Shown here one piece after another: positions 39,709 through 50,933 of a DNA stretch of 64,000 nucleotides (its first letter is position 1; every line of letters starts with the position of its first letter). Both the position numbers and the translations under genes were made by a program. This stretch comes from Halomonas sp. (GTDB lineage Bacteria; Pseudomonadota; Gammaproteobacteria; Pseudomonadales; Halomonadaceae): NCBI GenBank assembly GCA_020832045.1, contig JAFIFK010000082.1:27072-91071 (forward strand), in the 5' to 3' direction. A model generated the notes under the pieces. That model did no database searches, had not been told where the DNA came from, and saw nothing but the letters and a program-made list of their open reading frames with translations.

Positions 39709-40422
39709 ATGGAAAAGCGCCAAGAACTCTACGCCGGCAAGGCCAAATCGGTGTACGCCACCGATGATCCCGATCTTCTCGTCCTCCACTTCCGTGACGA
39801 TACCAGCGCATTCGACGGCGAGCGCATGGAGTCGCTGGCGCGCAAGGGCATGGTCAACAACCGCTTCAATGCGTTCATCATGGAGAAGCTCGCCGCGGCG
39901 GGCATTCCCACCCATTTCGAAAAGCGCCTTTCCGATACCGAGAGCCTGGTCAAGAAGCTCGAGATGATTCCGGTAGAGTGCGTGGTACGCAACGTCGCGG
40001 CCGGCGGATTGGTCAAGCGCCTCGGCGTCGATGAGGGCCGCGAACTCACGCCGCCCACCTTCGAGCTGTTCCTCAAGAACGACACTCTTCACGACCCGAT
40101 GATCAACGAGTCGCTGGCCGAGACGTTCGGCTGGGCCACGCCGGCGCAGCTGGCCGAAATGAAAACCCTGACCTTCAAGGTCAACGAGGTGCTCAAGCAG
40201 CTGTTTGCCGAAGGCGGCCTGCTGCTTGTGGACTACAAGCTGGAGTTCGGGATTTTCAAGGGAGAGATCGTGCTGGGCGATGAGTTCTCGCCGGACGGCT
40301 GTCGCCTGTGGGACGCCAAGACGCGAGACAAGATGGACAAGGACCGTTTCCGTCAGGGCCTCGGTGGCGTCATCGAGGCGTACGAGGAAGTAGGCCGGCG
40401 GATCGGCATCGACTTCGCCTGA
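39709..40422 (+). CDS. purC: SAICAR synthetase
   Basis: [42 protein letters not shown]. Confidence 0.97.
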   Translation: MEKRQELYAGKAKSVYATDDPDLLVLHFRDDTSAFDGERMESLARKGMVNNRFNAFIMEKLAAAGIPTHFEKRLSDTESLVKKLEMIPVECVVRNVAAGGLVKRLGVDEGRELTPPTFELFLKNDTLHDPMINESLAETFGWATPAQLAEMKTLTFKVNEVLKQLFAEGGLLLVDYKLEFGIFKGEIVLGDEFSPDGCRLWDAKTRDKMDKDRFRQGLGGVIEAYEEVGRRIGIDFA

Positions 40423-40456
40423 TAGAGCGGTTGGTGCGCAGTGCGATATGAAGCCT

Positions 40457-40478
40457 GAAGGGCCCTGCGGGGCCCTTC
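40457..40478. terminator. Hairpin between convergent purC and tsaA
   Basis: GAAGGGCCC-TGCG-GGGCCCTTC. Confidence 0.7.
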
Positions 40479-40482
40479 GTCG

Positions 40483-41217
40483 TTACTGGCCTGTGAAAGG
40501 GACGATGGCCACCACTTCCATCAGCGTGGAGGTTGACGCTTCCATCGCCCGAAAACGCACATCAACATCGCGCAGGCGCACACCGTAGACTCTCTCCTCG
40601 GCCCCCTGGCGGTAGGCGGGGCGTGGGTCCTGGGCCAGGACCTGGATGATCAGCTCGCGCAGCGAGGCGGCATCCTCGCGCGTGGCCAGCGCCGCTTCGG
40701 CCTCGTCCGAGAAGCGCACTGGCAGCGGTGAAGGCGGCTCGGGTGCATAACCGGCACGGGCATCGGACCGCGCCTCTACCCAGGGCAGGTAGGGCTTGAT
40801 GTCGAGCACCGGGGTGCCGCTGATCAGATCGCACCCCTCGAGCAGCAGGCTCACGCCGCCTCGGGTATCGACGTCACGCAGTTGCACCAGCGATAGGCCC
40901 AGCCGGTTGGGCCTGTGGGTGCTGCGGCTGGCGAAGACACCGACCTTGGCGTTGCCGCCAAGTCGTGGCGGGCGTACCAGCGGCGTCCAGCGCTCGGGAC
41001 TTTGATGAAAGACGAAGGTCAGCCACAGATGGCTGAACGCCTCGAGACCGCGCACCGCCAGGGGGTCGTCGTAGGGTGGGCGGAGCACCAGCGTGGCACG
41101 AGCGGCCGGCGCCAGGCCGGGTTGGCGGGGCACGCCGAACTTGTCGGGGAAATCGCTCTCGATATGACCGATGGGGTCGAGCCGGTAGCCATTGGAGCAA
41201 GAGGTCGGACTGATCAT
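40483..41217 (-). CDS. tsaA: tRNA (N6-threonylcarbamoyladenosine(37)-N6)-methyltransferase TrmO
   Basis: KFGVPRQPGL, VRPPRLGGN, GVFASRSTHRPN, GTPVLDIKPY; start at ATG 41217. Confidence 0.93.
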   Translation of the reverse strand: MISPTSCSNGYRLDPIGHIESDFPDKFGVPRQPGLAPAARATLVLRPPYDDPLAVRGLEAFSHLWLTFVFHQSPERWTPLVRPPRLGGNAKVGVFASRSTHRPNRLGLSLVQLRDVDTRGGVSLLLEGCDLISGTPVLDIKPYLPWVEARSDARAGYAPEPPSPLPVRFSDEAEAALATREDAASLRELIIQVLAQDPRPAYRQGAEERVYGVRLRDVDVRFRAMEASTSTLMEVVAIVPFTGQ

Positions 41218-41297
41218 GCGGCGATTATGCCTGCCATTGGCCGCAGCGGCGAGCTTGTGTACTCTGCTTGCCGTGACAGTGACGTGAGGCAAGTAGA

Positions 41298-41837
41298 ATG
41301 ATGGCAACCACGATTCCGAACCCTTCGCCATCCCCGGCGGCCCGCTCGCCGCGGATCCTTTACCGTCAGGCCAAGGCGCGCGATGGCGCCGACCAGGCCG
41401 AGGTCTTCCATCACGCCGTGATGCAGGGCGCCGCTGCACACTACAGCGTCGCGGAGCGCGAGGCGTGGGCAGCCACCATGCCGCGGGAGGGCAGCGTCTG
41501 GGTGGCTCGCCAATCGTTATACACGACGCTGGTGGCCGCCTGCGATGGCCGCTGCGTGGGGTTTCTCGAAGTCGATATTCCCCGTAGTCATGTAGCGACA
41601 CTTTACGTCTGGCCGTCCCTGGCACGCCGCGGCATCGGCACTACGCTGCTGGTGCACGCCGAGCGGATGCTGTTGGAGCACGGCCACGGCCGGGCCACCA
41701 TCGATGCCAGCCGCATGCTGACCGAGAGTCTGCTGCGCCGCGGCTGGCAAGATCTGGGCGTGGAGTGGGTGAACCGCGACGGTGTGAAACTCGAGCGTCG
41801 CCGTCTGGAACGGCGTTTGAACGCCATCGAGACATGA
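41298..41837 (+). CDS. GNAT-family N-acetyltransferase
   Basis: LYVWPSLARRGIGTTLL acetyl-CoA-binding motif A. Confidence 0.8.
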   Translation: MMATTIPNPSPSPAARSPRILYRQAKARDGADQAEVFHHAVMQGAAAHYSVAEREAWAATMPREGSVWVARQSLYTTLVAACDGRCVGFLEVDIPRSHVATLYVWPSLARRGIGTTLLVHAERMLLEHGHGRATIDASRMLTESLLRRGWQDLGVEWVNRDGVKLERRRLERRLNAIET

Positions 41838-41856
41838 GCGTCCGGCGCCGATACGT

Positions 41857-42747
<891 letters not shown>

Positions 42748-42788
42748 TCATTATAGGGAATCCATGTCCACCACGTCAGGGGAGCGAG

Positions 42789-43361
42789 ATGAGAATCGAA
42801 GATGGCTGGCTTGAAGGGGCCCGGCGCGTGCCATCGCCCAACCAGGACGCGCGTCCGCAAGGTGAGGTCTCGGCCCTGGTGCTGCATTCGATCAGCCTGC
42901 CGCCCGGCGAGTTCGGCGGAGAGCACATCGAGCGGCTGTTCACCAACACGCTGGATCCCGCGGTCCATCCCTATTTCGCCGACATCGCTCACCTGCGGGT
43001 ATCGGCCCATCTATTGATTCGCCGCAACGGCGAGTGCGTGCAGTTCGTGCCCTTCGATCGGCGCGCCTGGCATGCCGGACGCTCCTGCTGGATCGACAGG
43101 GGGCGGGTGCGGCGTGCGCTCAACGATTTCACCGTGGGCATAGAGCTGGAAGGCGATGAGATCCATGCCTACCGTGACGCGCAGTACCGAGCTCTTGCCT
43201 CGGCCACGCAGGCGTTGATGGTGCACTACGCTGAGATGAAACCAGCGCGTGTCACCAGCCATGCGAGGGTGGCGCCACTGCGCAAGAGCGACCCGGGACC
43301 CGCTTTCGACTGGGCCTATTTCGCCCAGTGTTGCGAGCGCCTGACCCCGAGAGTCGAGTGA
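42789..43361 (+). CDS. ampD: 1,6-anhydro-N-acetylmuramyl-L-alanine amidase
   Basis: LHSISLPPGEFG, VSAHLLI, AWHAG, GIELEG, RKSDPG; divergent from nadC. Confidence 0.95.
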   Translation: MRIEDGWLEGARRVPSPNQDARPQGEVSALVLHSISLPPGEFGGEHIERLFTNTLDPAVHPYFADIAHLRVSAHLLIRRNGECVQFVPFDRRAWHAGRSCWIDRGRVRRALNDFTVGIELEGDEIHAYRDAQYRALASATQALMVHYAEMKPARVTSHARVAPLRKSDPGPAFDWAYFAQCCERLTPRVE

Positions 43362-43387
43362 TTTCTGAGCGTTGCGGTTAATCATAC

Positions 43388-43569
43388 GGTAGTTTTATTA
43401 CATCGCAGGTATTTTCGACTGAAACTATTGAGGAGTGCCGTAAGAGCTTGTGTTGCAATGCAATAATGGAATTATGGAAAAAAATTCCATTCTATTCCGA
43501 TTGGCAGAAGAGGCGCTTTACGGTATGTTCTACGCCATTCGTTGTATACGCTTCTGTAAAATGACTACA
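43388..43569. promoter_or_regulatory. Two HexR/RccR-like boxes upstream of aceE
   Basis: GGTAGTTTTATTACA (43388-43402) and TGTAAAATGACTACA (43555-43569) fit TGTA-N7-TACA. Confidence 0.55.
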
Positions 43570-43678
43570 ACAGCCGCGTCGCGGCCTGACATTCCCCTGA
43601 TCGTCAGTAGTGCAACCCGCCCCAGGATGTATCGCCAGGGGCTAGCCTGACATCACATTGTCACTCGGAGAGACGTCT

Positions 43679-46351
43679 ATGAGTCTGGAGGCAAGAGAAG
43701 ATTTCGATCCGGTCGAAACCACGGAATGGCTGGATTCCCTGGAGTCGGTCCTGGATCGTGAGGGCGAGGAACGCGCCCGGTTCCTGCTGTCACGCCTGGC
43801 CGACCGGCTGCGCCGTGACGGCATGCAGGCACCCTTCTCGGTGACTACGCCGCATCGCAACACCATTCCGGTGCATCGCGAAGCGCCTATGCCGGGCGAC
43901 CTGTTCATGGAGCGTCGTATCCGCTCGCTGATTCGCTACAACGCGATTGCCCAGGTCATTCGCAACAACCGTGCCAACCCTGGGCTCGGTGGCCACATCG
44001 CGAGCTTCATGTCTGCCGCCACGCTCTACGACGTCGGCTTCAACCATTTCTTCCGTGCCCCCAACGGCGACTTCGGGGGCGATCTGGTCTACATCCAGGG
44101 GCACGTGGCGCCGGGGGTGTATGCCCGGGCCTACCTTGAAGGGCGTCTTACCGAGGCGCAGATGGACAAGTATCGCCAGGAAGTCGATGGCGACGGTCTC
44201 TCTTCCTACCCCCATCCTTGGCTGATGCCGGATTTCTGGCAGTTCCCCACCGTTTCCATGGGGTTGGGGCCGATCCAGGCGATCTACCAGGCCCACGTGA
44301 TGAAGTATCTCGATTCACGTGAGCTGCGCGACATGCAGGACCGCAAGATCTGGTGTTTCATGGGCGACGGCGAGTGCGACGAGCCGGAATCCCTCGGTGC
44401 CATTCATCTGGCCAGCCGCGAGAAGCTCGACAACCTGATCTTCGTCATCAACTGCAACTTGCAGCGCCTCGACGGTCCTGTCCGTGGCAACGGGCGCATC
44501 ATCGACGAGCTCGAGGGCGTCTTCCGCGGCGCCGGCTGGAACGTGCTCAAGGTGGTCTGGGGGCGGCTGTGGGATCCGCTGTTCGAGAAGGACAAGAAGG
44601 GCATCCTGCAGAAGCGCATGGATGAGGCGGTCGACGGTGAATATCAGAACTACAAGGCCATCGACGGCGGTTATACCCGTGAGCACTTCTTCGGCAAGTA
44701 CCCGGAAACCGCCGAAATGGTCAAGGACTTGTCCGATGAGGACATCTGGCGCCTCAACCGCGGCGGCCACGACCCGTTCAAGGTCTATGCGGCCTATCAC
44801 GAGGCGGTCAACAACGCCAACGGCCGACCCACCGTGATCCTGGCGCACACCGTCAAGGGCTACGGCATGGGCAGCGGCGAGGGCGAGGCCTCCATGGAGG
44901 CCCACCAGGTCAAGACCATGGAGTACGAAGCGCTGCGGAAATTCCGCGATCGCTTCGGCATTCCGCTCTCCGACGAGCAGCTCAAGGAGGTGCCGTACTA
45001 CAAGCCCGAGGACGACTCCCCCGAGCTGAAGTACATGCATCTGCAGCGTGAGCGCCTGGGCGGCTACCTGCCGCAGCGTCGCAACGACTTCGAGGCGCTG
45101 ACGATTCCGTCGCTCGAGGACAAGACCTTTGCCACCCAGCTGGCGGGTTCCAAGGGGCGCGAAGTCTCCACCACCATGTCGTTCGTACGCATCCTCAACG
45201 GCCTGGTGAAGGACAAGAAGATCGGCCAGCAGGTCGTGCCGATCGTGCCCGACGAAGCGCGGACCTTCGGTATGGAGGGCATGTTCCGCCAGCTCGGTAT
45301 CTACACCTCCGAAGGACAGAAATACGAGCCCGTCGACAAGGGCCAGATCATGTTCTACCGCGAGGACAAGAAAGGGCAGATCCTCGAGGAGGGCATTACC
45401 GAAGCGGGTGCCATGTCGGCCTGGATCGCCGCGGCAACCTCGTACAGCAATCACAACCTGCCGCTGCTGCCGTTCTACATCTACTACTCGATGTTCGGTT
45501 TCCAGCGGATCGGCGACCTGGCCTGGGCGGCAGGCGATCTGCAGGCGCGTGGCTTCCTGGTCGGCGGCACCGCCGGGCGCACCACGCTCAACGGTGAAGG
45601 TCTTCAGCACCAGGACGGCCACAGTCACTTGCAGGCGGCCACGATTCCGAACTGCCGCAGCTATGACCCCACCTACGGCCACGAGGTCGCGGTCATCGTC
45701 CAGGACGGCCTGAAGCGCATGTTCGCCGACAAGGAGAACTGCTTCTACTACCTGACGGTGATGAACGAGAACTACGAGCATCCCGAGCTCGAGAACGTTC
45801 CCGTCGACGACATCATCAAGGGCATGTACCAACTGCGGGAGCACAAGGGCGACAAGGGGCACGTTCAGCTGCTCGGTTCCGGCACCATCCTGCGCGAAGT
45901 GGAAGAAGCGGCGCGGATGCTGGAAGAAGAGTGGGGCGTCGGCTCGGACGTATGGAGCGTTACCAGTTTCAATGAGCTGCGTCGCGAGGCGCTGATGCTC
46001 GAGCGCGAAGCGTTCATCAACGCCGCCGACGAACCGGTCAAGCCCCACGTGACTCGCTGTCTGGAAGGACGCAAGGGTCCGGCCATCGCTTCCACCGACT
46101 ACATGCGTCTGTTCGCCGACCAGGTACGTGCCTGGGTGCCGACCGACTACCATGTATTGGGGACCGACGGCTACGGCCGTTCCGATACCCGCGAGAAGCT
46201 GCGCCATTTCTTCGAGGTCGATCGCTACTTCGTGACCGTGGCCTCGCTCAAGGCTCTTGCCGACCGCGGTGAGCTGGATCGCAAGGTGGTCGCCGAGGCG
46301 ATCAAGAAGTACGGCATCGATCCCAACAAGCCCAATCCGCTGACGAGCTGA
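43679..46351 (+). CDS. aceE: Pyruvate dehydrogenase E1 (homodimeric)
   Basis: GGHIASF, FPTVSMGLG, GDGECDE TPP motif, GEGLQH, GTDGYGRSD. Confidence 0.98.
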   Translation: MSLEAREDFDPVETTEWLDSLESVLDREGEERARFLLSRLADRLRRDGMQAPFSVTTPHRNTIPVHREAPMPGDLFMERRIRSLIRYNAIAQVIRNNRANPGLGGHIASFMSAATLYDVGFNHFFRAPNGDFGGDLVYIQGHVAPGVYARAYLEGRLTEAQMDKYRQEVDGDGLSSYPHPWLMPDFWQFPTVSMGLGPIQAIYQAHVMKYLDSRELRDMQDRKIWCFMGDGECDEPESLGAIHLASREKLDNLIFVINCNLQRLDGPVRGNGRIIDELEGVFRGAGWNVLKVVWGRLWDPLFEKDKKGILQKRMDEAVDGEYQNYKAIDGGYTREHFFGKYPETAEMVKDLSDEDIWRLNRGGHDPFKVYAAYHEAVNNANGRPTVILAHTVKGYGMGSGEGEASMEAHQVKTMEYEALRKFRDRFGIPLSDEQLKEVPYYKPEDDSPELKYMHLQRERLGGYLPQRRNDFEALTIPSLEDKTFATQLAGSKGREVSTTMSFVRILNGLVKDKKIGQQVVPIVPDEARTFGMEGMFRQLGIYTSEGQKYEPVDKGQIMFYREDKKGQILEEGITEAGAMSAWIAAATSYSNHNLPLLPFYIYYSMFGFQRIGDLAWAAGDLQARGFLVGGTAGRTTLNGEGLQHQDGHSHLQAATIPNCRSYDPTYGHEVAVIVQDGLKRMFADKENCFYYLTVMNENYEHPELENVPVDDIIKGMYQLREHKGDKGHVQLLGSGTILREVEEAARMLEEEWGVGSDVWSVTSFNELRREALMLEREAFINAADEPVKPHVTRCLEGRKGPAIASTDYMRLFADQVRAWVPTDYHVLGTDGYGRSDTREKLRHFFEVDRYFVTVASLKALADRGELDRKVVAEAIKKYGIDPNKPNPLTS

Positions 46352-46412
46352 TCCGGTGGCCAGGCGGGCAGCGGCCCGCCTGTTCCAGGCATGATTTGGA
46401 AGGAGCGCGACC

Positions 46413-48434
46413 TTGAGTAGCGAAATCATAAAAGTTCCAGACATCGGCGGCAGCGAAGACGTCGAGATCATCGAAATCGCCGTATCCGAAGGGGATGTCA
46501 TCAAGCCCGAGGACACCCTGATCACGCTGGAGTCCGACAAGGCCAGCATGGACGTGCCATCGCCCAAGGGCGGCAAGGTGGTCCGGGTGCTGGTGAAAGA
46601 GGGCGATACCGTCTCCGAGGGTGACGAGATCGTCGAGCTCGAGCTGGAAGGCGACAGCAGCGCCGATGCCGGTAGCGACGAGAAGAAGAGCGAGAAGCCC
46701 GAGCCCAGGCGCGAGGAAGCGGCCCTGCAGGCAGCCCGTGCCGCCGAGGAGAAGCCGGCGGCGAAGAAGGCCAGCGGCGGCGGCAAGCGCACCGTCGAGA
46801 TCAAGGTGCCCGACCTGGGTGGCGCCAGCGATGTCGAGGTGATCGAAGTGCCGGTCTCCAAGGGGGATGAGGTATCGGAAGAGGATACCCTGATCACGCT
46901 GGAGTCGGACAAGGCCTCCATGGATGTCCCGAGCCCGTACAGCGGCAAGCTGATCGAACTCACCGTCAAGGAGGGCGATACCGTCTCCGAAGGCGATGTG
47001 ATCGGCACCATGGAGATTGCCGGCGAAGGTGACGACGATTCAGGCGAGACCGAGCCTGCAGCCGACGAAGCCACCGCTGAGCCTGCGGAGCAGGCCGAAG
47101 CGCCGGCCGAGGAAGAAGCGGCGAGCGGCGAGCCCGAGCGCAAGGAGATTCGCGTTCCCGATCTCTCCGGCTCGAGCGACGTGCCGATCATCGAGATCGG
47201 CGTCAGTGCCGGCGACGAGATCGATGAGGAAGACCCGCTGATCACCCTGGAGTCCGACAAGGCCTCCATGGACGTGCCGAGTCCCTACAAGGGCAAGCTG
47301 ATCGAGCTCACCGTCAAGGAGGGCGATACCGTCTCCGAGGGTGACCTGATCGGCTATATCGAGGTGGCCGGCAGCAAGCCGGCAGCCAAGAAGGCCGACA
47401 AGCCCGACGAGCAGAAAAAGCCGTCATCTTCGGCCAAGGCCGAAAAGCCGGCATCGACCCCGGCCGGAACACCGAGCCCCGAGGCGCAGATGGCGGCCCA
47501 TAAGCCGCGCGACGGCAAACTGGTACACGCCGGTCCTGCGGTACGCATGCTGGCCCGTGAGCTAGGCGTCGACCTGGGCCTGGTCAAGCCCAGCGGGCCG
47601 AAGGACCGGGTGCTCAAGGAGGACGTGCACGCCTACGTCAAGCAGGTCATGGCAGGCAAGAGCCAGGCCGCGACTTCGGCACCGGTGGCCGGTGGCGCCG
47701 GCATTCCGCCGGTACCCGATCAGGACTTCAGCCAGTTCGGTGAAGTGGAAGAGAAGGCCATGGGTCGTCTGCTCAAGATGGGGGCGACAAACCTGCATCG
47801 CAGCTGGCTCAACGTGCCTCATGTCACTCAGTTCGACGAGGCGGACATCACCGAGCTCGAGACCTTCCGCAAGTCGATGAAGGCGGAAGCGGAGGCCCAG
47901 GGCGCCAAGCTCACGCCATTGCCGTTCCTGATCAAGGCTTGCGCCTTTGCTCTGCGCAAGTACCCGCAGTTCAACGTCAGCCTGAAGAGCGACGGCGAGA
48001 CCATGGTGTGGAAGAAGTATGTCCACATCGGCATCGCCGTCGATACTCCCGATGGCCTGATGGTGCCGGTGATCCGTGACGCCGACCGCAAGTCGCTGAT
48101 CGAGCTGGCCAAGGAGAGCGTTGAGTTGGCGGGCAAGGCGCAGTCGAAGAAGCTCAAGCGCGAAGAGATGACCGGCGGCTGTTTCACCATCTCCAGCCTG
48201 GGCTCCATCGGCGGCACCGCCTTCACGCCGATCGTCAACGCGCCGGAGGTTGCCATTCTCGGCGTTTCCAAGGCGCAGATGAAACCGGTGTGGAACGGCG
48301 CCGATTTCGAACCGAGGCTGATGATGCCGCTGTCACTCTCCTACGATCATCGCGCCGTGAACGGCGCCGATGCGGCGCGCTTCACCGCCTTCCTGGCAGC
48401 GGCGCTGAGTGACATCCGGCGCATGCTGTTGTGA
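46413..48434 (+). CDS. aceF: Dihydrolipoamide acetyltransferase E2 with three lipoyl domains
   Basis: 3x LESDKASMDVP, HAGPAVR E3-binding domain, LSYDHR catalytic motif. Confidence 0.98.
   Translation: MSSEIIKVPDIGGSEDVEIIEIAVSEGDVIKPEDTLITLESDKASMDVPSPKGGKVVRVLVKEGDTVSEGDEIVELELEGDSSADAGSDEKKSEKPEPRREEAALQAARAAEEKPAAKKASGGGKRTVEIKVPDLGGASDVEVIEVPVSKGDEVSEEDTLITLESDKASMDVPSPYSGKLIELTVKEGDTVSEGDVIGTMEIAGEGDDDSGETEPAADEATAEPAEQAEAPAEEEAASGEPERKEIRVPDLSGSSDVPIIEIGVSAGDEIDEEDPLITLESDKASMDVPSPYKGKLIELTVKEGDTVSEGDLIGYIEVAGSKPAAKKADKPDEQKKPSSSAKAEKPASTPAGTPSPEAQMAAHKPRDGKLVHAGPAVRMLARELGVDLGLVKPSGPKDRVLKEDVHAYVKQVMAGKSQAATSAPVAGGAGIPPVPDQDFSQFGEVEEKAMGRLLKMGATNLHRSWLNVPHVTQFDEADITELETFRKSMKAEAEAQGAKLTPLPFLIKACAFALRKYPQFNVSLKSDGETMVWKKYVHIGIAVDTPDGLMVPVIRDADRKSLIELAKESVELAGKAQSKKLKREEMTGGCFTISSLGSIGGTAFTPIVNAPEVAILGVSKAQMKPVWNGADFEPRLMMPLSLSYDHRAVNGADAARFTAFLAAALSDIRRMLL
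46416..47375 (+). repeat. Three intragenic lipoyl-domain repeats in aceF
   Basis: Near-identical DNA blocks CTGATCACSCTGGAGTCSGACAAGGCC and AAGGAGGGCGATACCGTCTCCGA recur three times. Confidence 0.9.
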
Positions 48435-48452
48435 GCACTGCCTGAAGCTGTG

Positions 48453-48485
48453 CCGACGGCGCCCTTCGGGGCGCCGTCGGTGTTT
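48453..48485 (+). terminator. Terminator after aceF
   Basis: CCGACGGCGCCC-TTCG-GGGCGCCGTCGG followed by TGTTT. Confidence 0.85.
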
Positions 48486-48672
48486 GGGCGCTTCACTTTA
48501 GGATGGGAATACCAAAGTGCAACCCGGACTTAATTGGCTGAAAATGAAACAGCTTTTGTCAGGTTGGTGCGGTGTGGCGACAGTGCGCGGTTGTCTGCCG
48601 TCGTCGCCGCGGTTATGGTTCATGACATTCCCTTTACCCACTCGATTTATTTACTCTCCAAGGAGCAGCTAG

Positions 48673-49329
<657 letters not shown>

Positions 49330-49353
49330 ACGGCATTCCGCAATGATTCGAGA

Positions 49354-49377
49354 AAGGCCCGCCTCGGCGGGCCTTAC
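49354..49377 (+). terminator. Hairpin after adk
   Basis: AAGGCCCGC-CTCG-GCGGGCCTT; the T-tail is weak. Confidence 0.6.
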
Positions 49378-49463
49378 TCGTCAAGCCTTACGCGTCAGGG
49401 CATCGTCCCGCGTCCTGCGGCGGCGTATAATCACGTCTTCATGCTTCGAAGCGAACTGTTCCT

Positions 49464-50162
49464 ATGCCGATCCTGCTGGCCCTCGATGCCTCCTCCAGCG
49501 CCTGCTCTGCCGCCGTGTTGCTCCAGCGCGCCGATAGTGAACCGCGGCTCGTTTCCCGGTTTGCCCTGACTCCGCGCGAGCATACTCGCCGGTTGCTGCC
49601 CATGGTCGATGAAGTGCTGGCGGAGGCGGGTATCACGCCCGCCGAGTTGGACGCCGTGGCCTACGGGCGCGGTCCGGGTTCCTTCACCGGGCTGCGTATC
49701 GCCGCCGGTACGGCCCAGGGGTTGGCCTACGGGCTGGGCTGCCCGCTGCTCGGGGTCTCCACGCTCGAGGCGTTGGCCTTGGCGGCGCATCGACGCCATG
49801 GGGTCGAATACGTCGCCACGGCAATGGACGCTCGCATGGGCGAGGTCTACGCCGCCGCCTGGCGCTGTTGCGACGGCACGGTCGAATCGCTGCTGGAAGA
49901 GACCGTCATCGCGCCGCAGCGGCTGCAGCTTCCGGCCGCTGAGCCGGGCTGGTATGGCATCGGCTCAGGCTGGGGGCTATGGGAGTCGATGGCGCCCGAG
50001 GTGCAGGCAGCGCTAACCCGGCGCGACGTCGAATCGGAGCCGGCCGCCGAGGAACTGGTACTGCTGGCGGCGCACCACTATGCCGCTGGCCAGCGTACTG
50101 CACCCCATGAGGCGCAACCCATATACCTGCGCGATCAGGTCGCGTGGCAGAAGGGCGGATGA
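49464..50162 (+). CDS. tsaB: tRNA threonylcarbamoyladenosine biosynthesis protein TsaB
   Basis: [27 protein letters not shown]. Confidence 0.95.
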   Translation: MPILLALDASSSACSAAVLLQRADSEPRLVSRFALTPREHTRRLLPMVDEVLAEAGITPAELDAVAYGRGPGSFTGLRIAAGTAQGLAYGLGCPLLGVSTLEALALAAHRRHGVEYVATAMDARMGEVYAAAWRCCDGTVESLLEETVIAPQRLQLPAAEPGWYGIGSGWGLWESMAPEVQAALTRRDVESEPAAEELVLLAAHHYAAGQRTAPHEAQPIYLRDQVAWQKGG

Positions 50163-50854
50163 ACGCTACGCATGGCGGTGCACTCGTCCTGCGACGTGAA
50201 GAGGGCGCGCTGGTGCTGGCCGGCGATCCGGCGCTTTACGGCAAGCCGCTAAGGGTCGACTTCGCTGAGGGTCGCGCCGCGCATCGGCGTCGCTTCGGTG
50301 GGGGGCGCGGGCAGTTGATCGCCCGGGCCTGCGGCCTTGCGTCAGGCGTCACTCCCAGCGTGATCGATGCCACCGCCGGATTGGGCCGCGACGCCTTCGT
50401 GCTGGCCAGCCTGGGTGCCGAGGTGCTGCTCGTGGAGCGTGTGGCCGAGATCCATGCGCTGCTGGAAGACGGCATGGCGCGCGCCGCCGGGGATACCGAA
50501 ACGGCGGAAATCATTGCCCGCATGCGGCTGGCACACGGCGATGCCACCCTCGAGCTCGCGGCGTTGGTGGCCGCCAGCGGCATCGCGCCGCAGGTGATTC
50601 ACCTCGACCCCATGTTCCCACATCGCGAGAAGTCGGCGCTGGTGAAGAAAGAGATGCGGCTGTTTCGCGAGCTGGCTGGCAGCGACGACGATGCGCCACG
50701 CCTGCTGGAAGCCGCACTGGACGTGGCTACCCACCGGGTAGTGGTCAAGCGGCCGCGCAAGGCGCCGCCCATTGCGGGGCCGGCGCCTCAGCACGTCATC
50801 GAGGGCAAGACCAGCCGCTATGACCTGTACGTTCATCGCTCCCTAAAGGCCTAA
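50159..50854 (+). CDS. rsmJ: 16S rRNA m2G1516 methyltransferase
   Basis: [32 protein letters not shown]; ATGA overlap with tsaB. Confidence 0.9.
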   Translation: MNATHGGALVLRREEGALVLAGDPALYGKPLRVDFAEGRAAHRRRFGGGRGQLIARACGLASGVTPSVIDATAGLGRDAFVLASLGAEVLLVERVAEIHALLEDGMARAAGDTETAEIIARMRLAHGDATLELAALVAASGIAPQVIHLDPMFPHREKSALVKKEMRLFRELAGSDDDAPRLLEAALDVATHRVVVKRPRKAPPIAGPAPQHVIEGKTSRYDLYVHRSLKA

Positions 50855-50933
50855 ATCTACTCCCAATCAGGAAAGTGATTTCAAGGGTTACTGGGAAGCG
50901 ATTCGCTCGCGCAGGCATTGATTCAGTGTTTCC

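Noticed and set aside
40483-41625. Long upstream extensions in the track (tsaA, tadA, bcp, cls, acs, purL)
   Set aside because: Extensions overlap neighbouring genes or lack an RBS; downstream starts match family N-termini.
44315-47269. 984-aa minus-strand ORF
   Set aside because: Antisense shadow of aceE/aceF caused by strong GC3 bias; low-complexity Ser-rich translation with no recognisable domain.
46416-47375. Triplicated DNA blocks as a novel repeat array
   Set aside because: Explained by the three lipoyl domains of AceF.
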